64,000 nucleotides of DNA from Kofleriaceae bacterium (lineage in GTDB: Bacteria; Myxococcota_A; Polyangia; Haliangiales; Haliangiaceae). The position numbers and the translations under genes were made by a program. This document shows positions 1 to 16,730 of the stretch, one piece after another (within the stretch, counting starts at the first letter, position 1; each line of letters opens with the position of its first letter). The notes beneath the pieces are model-generated. The model did not search any database. It saw only the letters and a list, made by a program, of their open reading frames with translations, and was not told the origin of the DNA. The stretch is from NCBI GenBank assembly GCA_964203225.1, contig CAXNMK010000002.1:673664-737663 (forward strand). Direction: 5' to 3'.

Positions 1-1262
<1,262 letters not shown>

Positions 1263-1278
1263 CGTGGCGAAGCCTACC

Positions 1279-3570
1279 CTATCCAGCGGCGGGGAGGTCA
1301 TCCGCCGGGCCGGCGGCGGGCGGAGGGGCCTCGGCGGGACCTGGCGGGGGCGAGCGCGGGCCGTCGTCGCCGGCGGCGCCCGGCGGCGGGGGCGGATCGA
1401 CACGCCCGGCGGTCACGCCTGCCAGGCCGGTCATCCGGCCGGTCTCGCTGACGTCCTCGATCTTGCTGGCCGACACCGGATCGGCCGCCGGCAGGAACAC
1501 CGAGAACGTCGAGCCCTGGCCGATCGCGGAGCGCACCTCGATGGTGCCGCCGTGCTGGTTGATGATGCGGTGGCTGATCGCCAGGCCCAGGCCGGTGCCC
1601 TTCTGCTTGGTCGTGTAGAACGGGATGAACAGCTTCTTGAGGCGATCGCGCGGGATGCCGATGCCGGTGTCGCGGAACCGGACCTCGGCGAACTGGCCGT
1701 AGCCGAGGCGCGAGCGGCGCCGGCGCGTGGTCAAGATCTCGAGCGTGCCGCCATCGGGCATCGCCTGGAGCGCGTTCTGCCCGAGGTTGAGGAACACCTG
1801 GATCAGCGACTCGGGATCCCCGGCGATCATCGGCAGCTGATCATCGAGCCGCACGCGCACGTCGACGGACTCGAGCGGTGCCTGCTGCAGCAGCTGGACC
1901 GTCTTGCGCACCACCTGGTTGAGGTCGACCTTGCCGCCGCCCTCGCGGCCGGGGCGCTCCGGCCGGGCGTAGTCGAGGAACCGCGTCACGACGTTGTTGA
2001 GGCGGTTGGCCTCCTCGACGATGATCTCGAGGAACTCGGCGTTCTCGGGGTGGCTGCCGCCCTGCTTGCCATCGGTCATCAGCAGCTGGGCCGCGCCCTT
2101 GATCGCGCCGAGGGGGTTCCGGATCTCGTGGGCGAGGCCGGCCGCCATCTCGCCGAGCGCGGCCAGGCGGTCGCGCTCCTTGACGCGCTCGTACGCCTGG
2201 CTCGACTCGATCACGCGGGCCGCGCCGATCGCGACCTGGCGAAACAGCTCGATGTCGTCGGCGTCGAACGCGGACAGCGTCCGCTCGTCGCGCAGGCAGA
2301 TCAGGCCGAGCAGCCACGGCCCCTGCTCGGTCTCGGCCGAGCCGAGCAGCGGGAACACGAGGTCCGCACCGAGCTCCTCGAGGCGGGTCTTGAGCGCGAG
2401 CATCGGGGCCCGGCGAGGCTCGGCGTCGGCGGCGCGGCCGAGTTCGTTGATCTCGCGCGCCACGCGATCGCGATCGAGGTAGCCGCCGCGCACGCGGTCG
2501 AGGAGGGCGCGGTCGGCGGTGGCGTCGATGCGCTCGACCACGCTGGTCCCGATCTGCGCCACGCGGTCGAACCCGGCGCCGTCGGCGTCGAGCAGGTACA
2601 CCGCGGCGTCGGTGACGCGCCGGGACTCCTCGAGGGCCGTGGTGATCCGCGTGACCATGTCCTGGACGTCGACGACGCCGGGCAGCTCGCGCCGGACCGC
2701 CTCGAGCCGGCCACGCAGCTCGGTGCGCTGGCGCAGCAGCCACCGGTTGATGCCGTTCTCGAGCCAGCTGCGCACCGGCTCGAACAGGATCAGGATCACG
2801 AACGAGGCGACCAGCGCGTTGAGGAGGTAGAGCCCCTTCTGCGCGCCGCCCATCCAGTACAGCAGAAATCCGTAGACCGCCGACAGCAGGATCACCAGGG
2901 TGCCGAGCACCGCCATCTTGCCGAGCAGCTCGTTGAGGTCGATCAGCCGGTTGCGGAACAGGCTCTGCGACAGGAAGTACAGGTAGAGGATGCCGAGGAT
3001 GTTGCCGACGGCGGGCCACTCGATGTCGAACCGGGGCAGGACGTCGGTGAGCTGGAGCGTCGTCGCGACGAACCCGCCGAGTGCGAGGTAGCCGACGCGC
3101 GTGCGCTCGACGCGCTTGGTGGTCCCCCGGTAGACCGTCCACATGTCCCAGACGCACCGGTACAGGCCACCGAACACGTAGGTCCCGAACGGGACGAGAA
3201 AGTAGAGCGTGTGGTGGATCGGCTGCGCGATCGCGGAGTACACGAGGCCGGCGTACGCGAGCAGCGTCCACACGATCGTCACGCGGGGACCGCGCTTGGG
3301 CCCGCCGATCGACGGCTGCGCGAGGAAGATCCGGAAGAACCGGATCGCGGTCACCGGGATCGTCGCGGCCGCCCACAGGGCGAGCCAGCGCATCACCGGG
3401 CTGTCGGTCGCCGCGTCGATGAACGTGCACAGGTGCCACGCGGACACCACGAACGTGAACTGCGCGAACGCCGTGTACATGCGGTCCTTGCGGGACCGCA
3501 GCAGCACGCTCGTCCCGATCGCGAGGATCAGCAGCGCGGCGAGAAGGGCGGAGACCGCCTGGACGTTCAC
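1279..3570 (-). CDS. sensor histidine kinase with polytopic N-terminal membrane domain, GAF-like region, HisKA and HATPase_c
   Basis: 763-aa ORF. It has multiple hydrophobic helices at the N-terminus, an H-box [19 protein letters not shown], and the [23 protein letters not shown]2 box. The start is GTG at 3568-3570 and the gene lies directly upstream of the regulator. Confidence 0.85.
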   Translation of the reverse strand: MNVQAVSALLAALLILAIGTSVLLRSRKDRMYTAFAQFTFVVSAWHLCTFIDAATDSPVMRWLALWAAATIPVTAIRFFRIFLAQPSIGGPKRGPRVTIVWTLLAYAGLVYSAIAQPIHHTLYFLVPFGTYVFGGLYRCVWDMWTVYRGTTKRVERTRVGYLALGGFVATTLQLTDVLPRFDIEWPAVGNILGILYLYFLSQSLFRNRLIDLNELLGKMAVLGTLVILLSAVYGFLLYWMGGAQKGLYLLNALVASFVILILFEPVRSWLENGINRWLLRQRTELRGRLEAVRRELPGVVDVQDMVTRITTALEESRRVTDAAVYLLDADGAGFDRVAQIGTSVVERIDATADRALLDRVRGGYLDRDRVAREINELGRAADAEPRRAPMLALKTRLEELGADLVFPLLGSAETEQGPWLLGLICLRDERTLSAFDADDIELFRQVAIGAARVIESSQAYERVKERDRLAALGEMAAGLAHEIRNPLGAIKGAAQLLMTDGKQGGSHPENAEFLEIIVEEANRLNNVVTRFLDYARPERPGREGGGKVDLNQVVRKTVQLLQQAPLESVDVRVRLDDQLPMIAGDPESLIQVFLNLGQNALQAMPDGGTLEILTTRRRRSRLGYGQFAEVRFRDTGIGIPRDRLKKLFIPFYTTKQKGTGLGLAISHRIINQHGGTIEVRSAIGQGSTFSVFLPAADPVSASKIEDVSETGRMTGLAGVTAGRVDPPPPPGAAGDDGPRSPPPGPAEAPPPAAGPADDLPAAG

Positions 3571-3917
3571 GGCCGCAGTCTACCTGGCAATCGCGCGGCC
3601 CGCCGACCTGGACACACCACCGGGCCCCGCGGCGCGCGGGTTCCGAAACGAGGTGCGGCAAAGGGGGGGACGCTCTCGGCCGCGCGTCGCGTGAGCCCCG
3701 GTGAGGCTCGATTCCACGGGGCTTCGCCCCTGCTCCACGCGGCAAGCCGTGCAGGGCCTCCACCCCCGTTCGAGTTCGTTTCGCGAACTCCTGGCGCGTC
3801 GGGTCCGGAGCCGACATCCGGATCGACAATGCCGCTGAGGTCGATGAGCTTGCGGGGCGCACGGTCGCGCGCACATCCCCTCCGTGCGCGCGGACGAACT
3901 GGTGGTAGCGTGCACGT

Positions 3918-5269
3918 GTGAGCGAGCTCCTCGCGCGTCTCCCCGCGGTCCATGCCCTCGTCGACGCGGCCACCGCCGCCGGCTCCGCGCCCCGGTGGGC
4001 GATCGTCGAGGCGGCGCGCCGCGCGATCGCGGACCGGCGCGCCGCGCTGCTCGCCGACCGTGCGACCGATCCGGCGATCGATCCGGCCGCCGTCGCGGCC
4101 GCCGCCACCGAGCTCGCGCGCCCACGTCTGCGCCCCGTGATCAACGCGACCGGCGTGGTGCTCCACACCAACCTGGACGCGCCCCGCTCGCGGCGGCCGC
4201 GCGCGCGGCGATCGACGAGGTCGCCCGCGGCTACTCGAACCTCGAGTACGACCTCGACACCGGCGAGCGCGGCTCGCGCCACGACCACCTCCGCGAGCTG
4301 CTGCGCGAGCTGACCGGCGCCGAGGACGCGGCCGTGGTCAACAACAACGCCGCCGCCACCGTGCTCGGCCTCGCCGCGCTCGCCACCGAGCGCGAGATCA
4401 TCGTGTCGCGCGGCGAGCTCGTCGAGATCGGCGGCTCGTTCCGGCTGCCCGAGATCCTCGCCCTGTCGCGCGGCGTGATGGTCGAGGTCGGCACCACCAA
4501 CAAGACCCACCTCCGCGACTACGAGAGCGCGCTGCGGCCCGCCACCGCCTTGCTGCTCAAGGTGCACCGCGCGAACTTCGCGATCGTCGGGTTCACCAGC
4601 GAGGTCGTCCCCGAGGTGCTGGTGGCGCTCGGCCGTCCGCGCGGCGTCGCCACCATGATCGACCTCGGCTCGGGCGCGATGATCGATCGCGAGACCCAGC
4701 GCGCGTGGGGCCTCCCCGAGGAGCCCACCGTCGCCGAAGCGGTCGCGACCGGCGCCGATCTGGTGACGTTCTCCGGCGACAAGCTGCTCGGCGGCCCGCA
4801 GGCCGGGATCGTGGTCGGCACGCGCGCTGCGGTCGAGCGCGTCCGCACGCACCCGCTGATGCGCGCGATGCGTCCGGACAAGCTCACGCTCGCCGGCCTG
4901 GCCGCCACGCTGGGACTGTACCGCGAACGCCGGCTCGCCGATCTGCCCGCGCTGCGGATGCTCGGCGCGCCCGCGGACGCGGTCGCGGTCACCGCCCACG
5001 AACTCGCCGCCGCGATCGGCGCGGTCCGCGGGCTCACCATCGCCGTCGAGGCGTGTGCGTCGACGGTCGGCGGCGGCGCGATGCCGACCGCCTCGCTGCC
5101 GTCGTGGGCGGTCACCCTGGCCGGGGCGTCCGCGGACGAGCTCGATCGCGGGCTGCGCCGGGCGTCGATCGTCGGCCGGATCGAGGCGGGGCGGATGTGG
5201 CTGGACGTGCGGACGGTGCTCCCGGCCGACCTCGCCGCCGTGGCGGCCGCCGTGCGTGCCCTCGGCTGA
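3918..5269 (+). pseudogene. selA: L-seryl-tRNA(Sec) selenium transferase (selenocysteine synthase SelA), reading frame broken by a 1-nt deletion near 4173-4180
   Basis: The N-terminal ORF 3918..4313 ends in ...RLRPVINATGVVLHTNLDAPRS. The second frame (3884..5269) continues ...GRAPLAAAARAAIDEVARGYSNLEYDLDTGERGSRH.. and matches the SelA fold through to the C-terminus. The expected HTNLGRAPL motif is restored by inserting one G in CTGGACGC. Confidence 0.7.
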
Positions 5270-5325
5270 CGGGCCGGGCGCCCCGCGCACGCAGTGCTTG
5301 ACCCCGGTGCGCGGATCGCGCTTAG

Positions 5326-6942
<1,617 letters not shown>

Positions 6943-6974
6943 CCGGGGCCGGAGCCGCCCCCTAGCATGGAGGT

Positions 6975-7241
6975 ATGGCCACCCTGATCGACAACCCGAA
7001 GCGTGCGCGCCAGCTCGCCCGCGCCATCGCCTCGGACCTGACCCTCTATCACGAGCCGAAGATTCTCGAAGGGATCAACAACGACAACCTGTTCGAGGTC
7101 ATGGCCGACGAGATCAACGAGGGCCGCGAGCTGTTCAAGAGCCGCGTCGCCCAGGACATCTTCGCTCAGCACATCTACGAGCGCGCGATCGTCGACGTCC
7201 TCGTGAAATCCAAGGGTCACGTCAAGTCCAAGATCTGGTGA
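6975..7241 (+). CDS. small conserved hypothetical protein (88 aa)
   Basis: Clean ORF with good codon usage, ATG start and TGA stop, lying between the ParA-like gene and rluD. No recognisable domain. Confidence 0.55.
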   Translation: MATLIDNPKRARQLARAIASDLTLYHEPKILEGINNDNLFEVMADEINEGRELFKSRVAQDIFAQHIYERAIVDVLVKSKGHVKSKIW

Positions 7242-7363
7242 CGGGCGACGCTGACCTCGACGCTGTCGACGAGGTCGGCGATGCCGCCGATGAACTCCTG
7301 GGGGATGACGAGTGGCTCGTCGTCGCACCCACCGGTGGTGGTGATCACCAGATCGCCATCACC

Positions 7364-8287
7364 ATGTCCGAGGTTGGCGGTCGCCTCGATGCGGTGATCG
7401 CCGCACGGGTCGCGAGCCTGTCCCGCGCCGCCGTGCAGCGGCTGATCGAAGACGGCCAGGTCCGGGTCGGCGCCGCCGTGGCGACCAAGGCCGGCCAGCG
7501 GCTCAAGTACGGCGACTCCATCGTCGTCCACGTGCCCGCGCCGGTCGCGCTCGAGGTGGCGGCCGAGGCCATCCCGCTGGTCATCCTGTTCGAGGACGCG
7601 GACCTGATCGTCGTCGACAAGCCGGCCGGCATGGTGGTCCACCCGGCGCCAGGGCACACGCGCGGCACGCTGGTCAACGCGCTGCTCCACCACTGCCAGG
7701 ACCTGTCGGGCATCGGCGGCGTGCTCCGTCCGGGCATCGTCCACCGGCTCGACAAGGACACCAGCGGCGTGATGGTGGTCGCCAAGTCGGACCGCGCCCA
7801 CGCCGCCCTGACCGCCGCGTTCGCCGCCAAGAGCCGGGGCGAGACCGGCGGCATGGAGCGCAGCTACACCGCGATCGCCGCGCCACCACCGACGGGCGCG
7901 GGCGGCACGCTGCGCACCTGGTATGGGCGCCACCCCACCGATCGCAAGCGGTTCTCGTCGAAGGTCCACGGCGGCAAGCTCGCCGTCACCCACTGGACCC
8001 TCGTCGAGCGCCTGCACGGCGCCGCCTTGCTGACGTTCGTCCTCGAGACCGGCCGCACCCACCAGATCCGCGTCCACGCGAGCGACCACGGCTGGCCGCT
8101 GCTCGGCGATCCCGTGTACGGCCACCGCCAGCGCGACGAGCGGCTCGCCGCCGCGGCCACCGCGCTCGGCCGGCAGGCGCTGCACGCAGCCATCCTCGCG
8201 TTCGCGCACCCGGTCACCGGCGCGCGGCTGTCGTTCGCGTCGCCGCTGCCACCCGACCTGGTCGCCACGCTCGCCGCGCTGCGCTGA
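7364..8287 (+). CDS. rluD: RluA-family 23S rRNA pseudouridine synthase (RluD-like, with N-terminal S4 domain)
   Basis: Contains the motifs LVVDKPAGMVVHPAPGH, IVHRLDKDTSGVMVVAKS and THQIRVHA. The ATG at 7364 is in frame with the long ORF 6809..8287. Confidence 0.8.
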   Translation: MSEVGGRLDAVIAARVASLSRAAVQRLIEDGQVRVGAAVATKAGQRLKYGDSIVVHVPAPVALEVAAEAIPLVILFEDADLIVVDKPAGMVVHPAPGHTRGTLVNALLHHCQDLSGIGGVLRPGIVHRLDKDTSGVMVVAKSDRAHAALTAAFAAKSRGETGGMERSYTAIAAPPPTGAGGTLRTWYGRHPTDRKRFSSKVHGGKLAVTHWTLVERLHGAALLTFVLETGRTHQIRVHASDHGWPLLGDPVYGHRQRDERLAAAATALGRQALHAAILAFAHPVTGARLSFASPLPPDLVATLAALR

Positions 8288-8829
8288 GTCTCGGGGACGC
8301 GACATGACGCGGAGGGGCCGGCGAAACCAACACAACTACCTGTGGGTAACTCGGCCGTCACAGCCGCCGTCAGCCCGCTCGCCACCGTCTGCCGAGCCCT
8401 GCCAGCGCGACGAGCGCGGGCGCTCTCGGGACCCGGCAGCGAGGGCGGGCGCGGACCCAAGGGCCCGTCGGGCACGCGCCGGACCGGGGCACGGACGTTG
8501 CTGCTCGTGAGGCGTGCGAACGGCCGCCGTCCTGGGCCCCTGCTGGCCAACGCACCCGGCGCGCGGGCGAACGCGCATAGGCGTCGGTGTCGTCCTCCAG
8601 CCGCGCGACCTCGGAGCGTGTGGCGGTCAGCTGCAAGACCGTGTGGCCCGCGTCCATGCCCGATCACGTTGGGCGCCCACCGCGCCGAGGCGCCTTGCAA
8701 CACGGTCGCGTGATCGCGAGGGTTTGAGTTCGCGGGCGAAGTCGACCAATGCGTCGGTGACGGTCGCCACGACGCGACGCCAGGCGGTGCGCCCGGGCTG
8801 GAACAGCGCGGCGATCCGCTCGCTGGCGA

Positions 8830-9168
8830 AGGCGCGGACGAGGTGCGCGCAGCCAGGGGGCCGAGTTGCTCCAGGGGGCCGTCGTGACGGAGTGCCGCCA
8901 CGATGCGGAGTGAACGGATCAAGACGTGGCCGATGACCGCGCCGTAGGTCAGCGCGGCGAGCGCATGCAAATCGGCGGTGAAGATCCGCCCGAGATCGGC
9001 CTCCTGCTTGAGCTCGCGAACCAGAAATTCGATGAGCCAGCGGAGCCGGTAGGCCTCGATGATCTGGGCGGCGCTCATGCGATTGCGTGGCACGGTGGTG
9101 AGGTCGAAGCGGTGGCCAAGGCGACCGCCCAGGCTGACGCTCACCACCGTTGACCGCGCCATGCGCAT
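8830..9168 (-). mobile_element. IS4/IS5-superfamily (DDE_Tnp_1) transposase C-terminal remnant
   Basis: The reverse-strand peptide ...GHRFDLTTVPRNRMSAAQIIEAYRLRWLIEFLVRELKQ... carries the YRLRWxIExxF+xLK C-terminal signature of IS4/IS5 transposases. The upstream DDE region is absent (the lipoprotein gene starts at 9176). The lower bound is approximate. Confidence 0.45.
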
Positions 9169-9175
9169 CGCGGGT

Positions 9176-10072
9176 CTATACTTCGCAGGTCGGGAAGAAA
9201 ATCGCCGCCGCCGTGCGCGCGCCCGACGTCTGCGGCGCCAGCAGGAGCCCGCCGCTGGACGACAGCACCGGGTAGACCTCGCCCTCGTTCAGCGCCGGGA
9301 TTTCGTAATACATCCGCTGCCCGTCCGGTGCTTGCGTCCAGAAGTAGCCCTCCGTGGCCGCCGGGACGGTGAACGCGCCCGAATCCTGAAAGACGATGGT
9401 CGCGCTGACTGTGTCTTCACAGGCGTTCGCCCGGGGCACCCAGCCGTACGTCACATCGCTTACCGGGAACTGGCCGCTGCGCTGGACCACGAGGCTCGCG
9501 CCGGAGGACGGCACCGTGACGTCGACGACCTTCACCAGCGGGTCGCCCGCCTGTGGCGGCACTGCGGGTCCCACGAAGACGGCGAAGAAGTCCACGAACG
9601 CGACCTGGTGCCCGCCGGCCGTGGCGGTGAAGGTCGCGGAGCCGCTGAAGTCCAGGCCGTAGGTCTGACCTGAGCAGAACGGCGGGTTGACGCACCACTC
9701 GAACCTGGCCGTGCCCGTCGCCTCGAGGGTGTGCTCACCCACTGCGATCGGGAGGAAGACCGTGTCGCGCCCCGGCAGGTCGCCCTGCGTCTCCGCCGCC
9801 AGCATCGCCATGTCGAACGCGGCCGAGAGCGCCTGGCCGTCGACCTTCAACGAGAACGCGGTGCGCCCCAGCGAGGGCCAGCCGAACCGCGCGACGACGC
9901 GCAGGTGGCCGGTCGTGTCCCCGCCGCCGTCGGGATCGCCTGTGCCCGGATCGCCCGCGTCGGGATCGCCTGTGCCCGGATCGCCCGCGTCGAGAGCGGA
10001 CGGCGCGGTGCCGCACGCGGCGAACAGGGCGGTGAACACGAAACAGCGAAAAATGAAGGCGTTCGTTCGCAT
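9176..10072 (-). CDS. secreted lipoprotein with acidic Gly/Asp/Pro repeat linker
   Basis: Signal peptide plus lipobox MRTNAFIFRCFVFTALFAAC, then DAGDPGTGDPDAGDPGTGDPDGGGD and a beta-rich C-terminal domain. Start ATG (cat 10070-10072) and TAG stop at 9176. Confidence 0.7.
   Translation of the reverse strand: MRTNAFIFRCFVFTALFAACGTAPSALDAGDPGTGDPDAGDPGTGDPDGGGDTTGHLRVVARFGWPSLGRTAFSLKVDGQALSAAFDMAMLAAETQGDLPGRDTVFLPIAVGEHTLEATGTARFEWCVNPPFCSGQTYGLDFSGSATFTATAGGHQVAFVDFFAVFVGPAVPPQAGDPLVKVVDVTVPSSGASLVVQRSGQFPVSDVTYGWVPRANACEDTVSATIVFQDSGAFTVPAATEGYFWTQAPDGQRMYYEIPALNEGEVYPVLSSSGGLLLAPQTSGARTAAAIFFPTCEV
9931..9990. repeat. perfect 30-bp tandem duplication (CGGGATCGCCTGTGCCCGGATCGCCCGCGT x2) inside the lipoprotein gene
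   Basis: Read directly: 9931-9960 equals 9961-9990. It encodes the duplicated GDPGTGDPDA peptide unit. Confidence 0.85.
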
Positions 10073-10147
10073 CGGTGAACACTCCTGGTGAGAGACGCGG
10101 CGGCGAAGGACAGGGCATTCGCTACCATCGGGCGCATGAAACGGACG

Positions 10148-10188
10148 TTCAAGATTCCGACATGATTCGGAGTTCAAGAATACTTGAA
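10148..10188. promoter_or_regulatory. array of TTCAAG / CTTGAA half-sites in a low-GC patch upstream of the lipoprotein gene
   Basis: TTCAAG at 10148-53, TTCAAG at 10173-78 and inverted CTTGAA at 10183-88. The last two form the 16-bp palindrome TTCAAGAATACTTGAA. The array lies 76-116 nt upstream of the minus-strand start at 10072. Confidence 0.3.
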
Positions 10189-10746
10189 TGACTTCAGGCT
10201 CTGCTCGGCGCATCGACTCCACGAACGGCCGGATCAGCTTCGCCGACATGGGGATGGCCGCAGCTGCTTCTTGGGACGGCCGGGGCGTCGAGCCTGGACG
10301 GAGGCGCGCCGAAACAGCTGATCGGGTTGCGCAGAGCGTGTCGTCCTGACGTCCGACGGCGGCGTTGGCAAGTCGTACCTGCTCGCGAACCTTCACGGCG
10401 ATCAGGCCGAAATGCGCGTGTGGATCGATGCTATCGCGCCGCTGCAAGAGGTCGAGTCGGCTATGCGCTGGTGGGGGTACACGCGGGCGCATCGGCGAAG
10501 GCGGTGGCGCTGACGTTGAGAGTGGCGAGGGTGAGGGCGATGAGCTTCTTCATGGTCTTTCCTGGAGCAGTGACAGGGTGATGGCCTCGTTCAAACAGAC
10601 CGGAGGAGCCAGGCTTCGTGAGCAGGTGGAGTGGGGCGTTCCCACCGTGTATGCGTTCTCGGACGCTGGGCGGAGCGAGGCGTTGCACGCTGTGCGGAAG
10701 TTTTTGTGCGCGGGCAGTTCGCGCGATGCGGGCGCCCTCCTGGGAC

Positions 10747-10933
10747 CATGCTGACTGACGGCCCCGAGCCTTGCCCGGGTGCGCCTTCATCGCGCTGCTC
10801 GAACGCGGACTCGATCTGGACGCGCGTCGGGTGCTCGACGCGCACATCGATCGATGCGCGGTCTGCAGCCGTCTCGTCGCCGACCTGGCGGAGCTCGTCA
10901 CATCCGCGGAGGTCAGCCGTTCCGGGGGCCTGA
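10747..10933 (+). pseudogene. anti-sigma-factor-like zinc-finger ORF (CPGC...HIDRCAVC) split between two frames
   Basis: An ATG at 10747 gives MLTDGPEPCPG. A frame offset at about 10772 gives CAFIALLERGLDLDARRVLDAHIDRCAVCSRLVADLAELV, which is a ZAS-like HxxxCxxC motif preceded by CxxC. The ORF ends overlapping the kinase start. Confidence 0.3.
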
Positions 10934-10966
10934 CCGTCCACGGTCGGCGTGCTACCGTGGTGCTGG

Positions 10967-12931
10967 ATGTCGACCGATCCGCTCCTCGGTCGCGAGCTGG
11001 GTCGCTACCGCATCACGCGCTTGCTCGGTGCCGGTGGGATGGGGCGCGTGTACCTGGCGGTGCAACCCGACATCGGCGCGCGGGTCGCGATCAAGGTCCT
11101 CACGCCGCGGGCCGCCGACGATCCCGACCTCGTCGAGCGTTTCTTCGCGGAGGCGCGCGCCGCCAACCAGATCGACCACGATCACATCGTCGACGTGCTC
11201 GACCTGGCGCATCTGCCCGACGGCCGGCCGTACATCGTCATGGAGTACGTCGCCGGCGCGTCGCTCGCGGCCTTGATCCGCCAGGCGCCGCTGCCGATCG
11301 GCTGGGTGGCCGAGCTCCTCGACGAAGTCCTGGCCGGGATCGCCGCCGCCCACGACCACGGCGTCGTGCACCGTGACCTCAAGCCCGACAACATCGTGGT
11401 GACGCGGACCGGGCATGCCAAGGTCCTCGACTTCGGCATCGCCAAACTGGTCGGTGGCGGCGGCAACACGGTCTCGGGTCAGGTGCTGGGGACACCGGCG
11501 TACATGGCGCCCGAGCAGATCCGCGGCCGTGCCACCGACGCGCGCACCGATGTCTACGCCGCCGGGGTGGTGCTGTACGAGGCGCTGACCGGGCGGCTGC
11601 CGTTCGAAGCGCCGTCGGCGTACGAGGTCATGCAGATGCACGTCGAGGTCGACGCGCCGCATGCCAGCGCGCGGCGCGCCGAGGTTCCGGCCGCGGTCGA
11701 TCACGTGATCGGACGTGCGCTGGCCAAGGATCCCGAGCGGCGCTTTGCGTCGGCGAGCGAGATGGCGGCCGCGTTGCGGGCCGCGGTGGCCGGCCTTCCG
11801 GCGTCGGCGTTCCAGCCGGTCGACGTCGCGGCGCTGGTCGAGGGTGACGAGCCACCGCCGGCGGACGATCGCGTGCATGGCTTCACCGCGACCCGGCCGC
11901 TGGCTGTCGCGCCGCGCGCCCCGACGTCGGATGCGGCGTCGTCCCCGAGCGGTCCGGCGACGGTGGACGCGCGGCCACCACCGAGAGCGTCGGTGCCGCC
12001 CGATGCCAGCGACCGGCCGACGCGCGCCGAACGCCCGGCGGCGCCTCTGGCGCAGCTGCCCCGGACACGCCGTCGCACGGCCTTGCTCGCCGGTGCGGCG
12101 GCGGCGGCGGCGGCGCTCGCCTACGTCGCCACCACGCGCGGCGGTCCGGACCGGCAGCCACGCCTTGGCACTGGCGCGATCGCGGCGATCATCGACGGCG
12201 GCGCCACCGATGCCCCGGCGTCGGACCTGGCGATGCGGGTGGATGCGAACGGTGCCGACGCTGGTGGCGGCACCGCCGCGATCGTCCCTCGCCGGGCGCC
12301 CGCTGTACGCGACGCCGGTGCCGTCGCGACCGATGCGGCGGCGGCCGACGCCGGGGCGCAGACCGACGTGGCGGTCGGCGACGGCGTGACCAGCGGCCCT
12401 GGCGTCCGCGGCGCGAGTGGAGCCGCCGACATCCACACCGAATCCAACCCGCTCGAGCTGGCGGCCCCGGCTAGCCCGACGAGGTTCGACGCCTCGGCGA
12501 ATCTGGCGGCCGTCACCGCGATCGCACGCCGCCTGGCGAGCGACGCGACGCTGTCGGCGCTCATGACCCGCAAGGTCCGGGATGACGGGACCATCGATCT
12601 CAACGCGCGCCTGGCCGCGGTCCACTATCGGTTTCGCTCGCGCGTCCTGTCGAGCTTCGCGGATCAGCCCGCGGGGAGCGAGCGCCCATGCATCATCTAC
12701 GTGTCGGTCGAGCCGACGCGGATCGTGGCCTACCAGCGCTACGACGACAGCTGCGAGCTCGCGCTGGTTCGGCCACCCCGGTGCCCGATCGCCCAGGTCC
12801 TGGTACGCGCGCGCGCCGCGGGCGCGCCGTCGCCAGCGCTGACCGACCTCCACTACGGTCACGTGGGCGGGGCGCTGCAATGGAGTGTGACGATTGGCGG
12901 GCTGGCGCTCGAGATCGCGGACGACTGCTGA
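10967..12931 (+). CDS. Hanks-type Ser/Thr protein kinase with long Ala/Pro-rich C-terminal region
   Basis: Catalytic-domain motifs are present: [38 protein letters not shown]. The ATG at 10967 ([16 protein letters not shown]) is in frame with the ORF 10949..12931. Confidence 0.85.
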   Translation: MSTDPLLGRELGRYRITRLLGAGGMGRVYLAVQPDIGARVAIKVLTPRAADDPDLVERFFAEARAANQIDHDHIVDVLDLAHLPDGRPYIVMEYVAGASLAALIRQAPLPIGWVAELLDEVLAGIAAAHDHGVVHRDLKPDNIVVTRTGHAKVLDFGIAKLVGGGGNTVSGQVLGTPAYMAPEQIRGRATDARTDVYAAGVVLYEALTGRLPFEAPSAYEVMQMHVEVDAPHASARRAEVPAAVDHVIGRALAKDPERRFASASEMAAALRAAVAGLPASAFQPVDVAALVEGDEPPPADDRVHGFTATRPLAVAPRAPTSDAASSPSGPATVDARPPPRASVPPDASDRPTRAERPAAPLAQLPRTRRRTALLAGAAAAAAALAYVATTRGGPDRQPRLGTGAIAAIIDGGATDAPASDLAMRVDANGADAGGGTAAIVPRRAPAVRDAGAVATDAAAADAGAQTDVAVGDGVTSGPGVRGASGAADIHTESNPLELAAPASPTRFDASANLAAVTAIARRLASDATLSALMTRKVRDDGTIDLNARLAAVHYRFRSRVLSSFADQPAGSERPCIIYVSVEPTRIVAYQRYDDSCELALVRPPRCPIAQVLVRARAAGAPSPALTDLHYGHVGGALQWSVTIGGLALEIADDC

Positions 12932-12962
12932 GAGTCGCGAACCGACGTGATACGCTCGCCGA

Positions 12963-14315
<1,353 letters not shown>

Positions 14316-14458
14316 GCCGCCGGCGCGGCGGTCGGCGCAGGTTCCCATCCCGGCAACGCCGTGGTCGCCGCGTGGTTGCCTGACCGGCAACCATCGGCGC
14401 GACGTCCAGGTGATCGCGCGGGCTTACCTCCGGTCCGCGGCCTGCAAAGACCGTCGTC

Positions 14459-16489
<2,031 letters not shown>

Positions 16490-16583
16490 CGGCAGCAAGA
16501 CGACGCGTGCGATCGGACGCCCATCCGTCGTCGATTTCGAGCCGCACACCTACGCGAAGAGATTGCCCTCGGACAAATAGCAG

Positions 16584-16730
16584 GTGATCTGCGAGGGCAG
16601 CGCGGCGGGTGACGTGGTGAGCGAGTACGACGCCGACGGCAACCGCGTGCGCGCTCGCACCAGCGCGGGCCTCGAGGTCGCCACGGCGTTCGACGGCAAC
16701 GGCCGCCCCGTGGGCGCGGCGGACCGCTGC
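16584..16730 (+). pseudogene. RHS/YD-repeat protein fragment
   Basis: The peptide GDVVSEYDADGNRVRARTSAGLEVATAFDGNGRPVGAADR shows two YD-repeat units. It has no start codon and no core or toxin context. Confidence 0.4.

Noticed and set aside
3640-3740. Possible tRNA-Sec next to selA (the GGCTCGATTCC string resembles a T-loop)
   Set aside because: I could not fold the acceptor, D, anticodon and T arms consistently. The hairpins are better explained as simple GC stems.
7864-8829. Remainder of the 434-aa minus ORF downstream of the IS4/IS5-like motif
   Set aside because: Only the first about 110 residues resemble a transposase. The rest is low-complexity read-through in GC-rich DNA.
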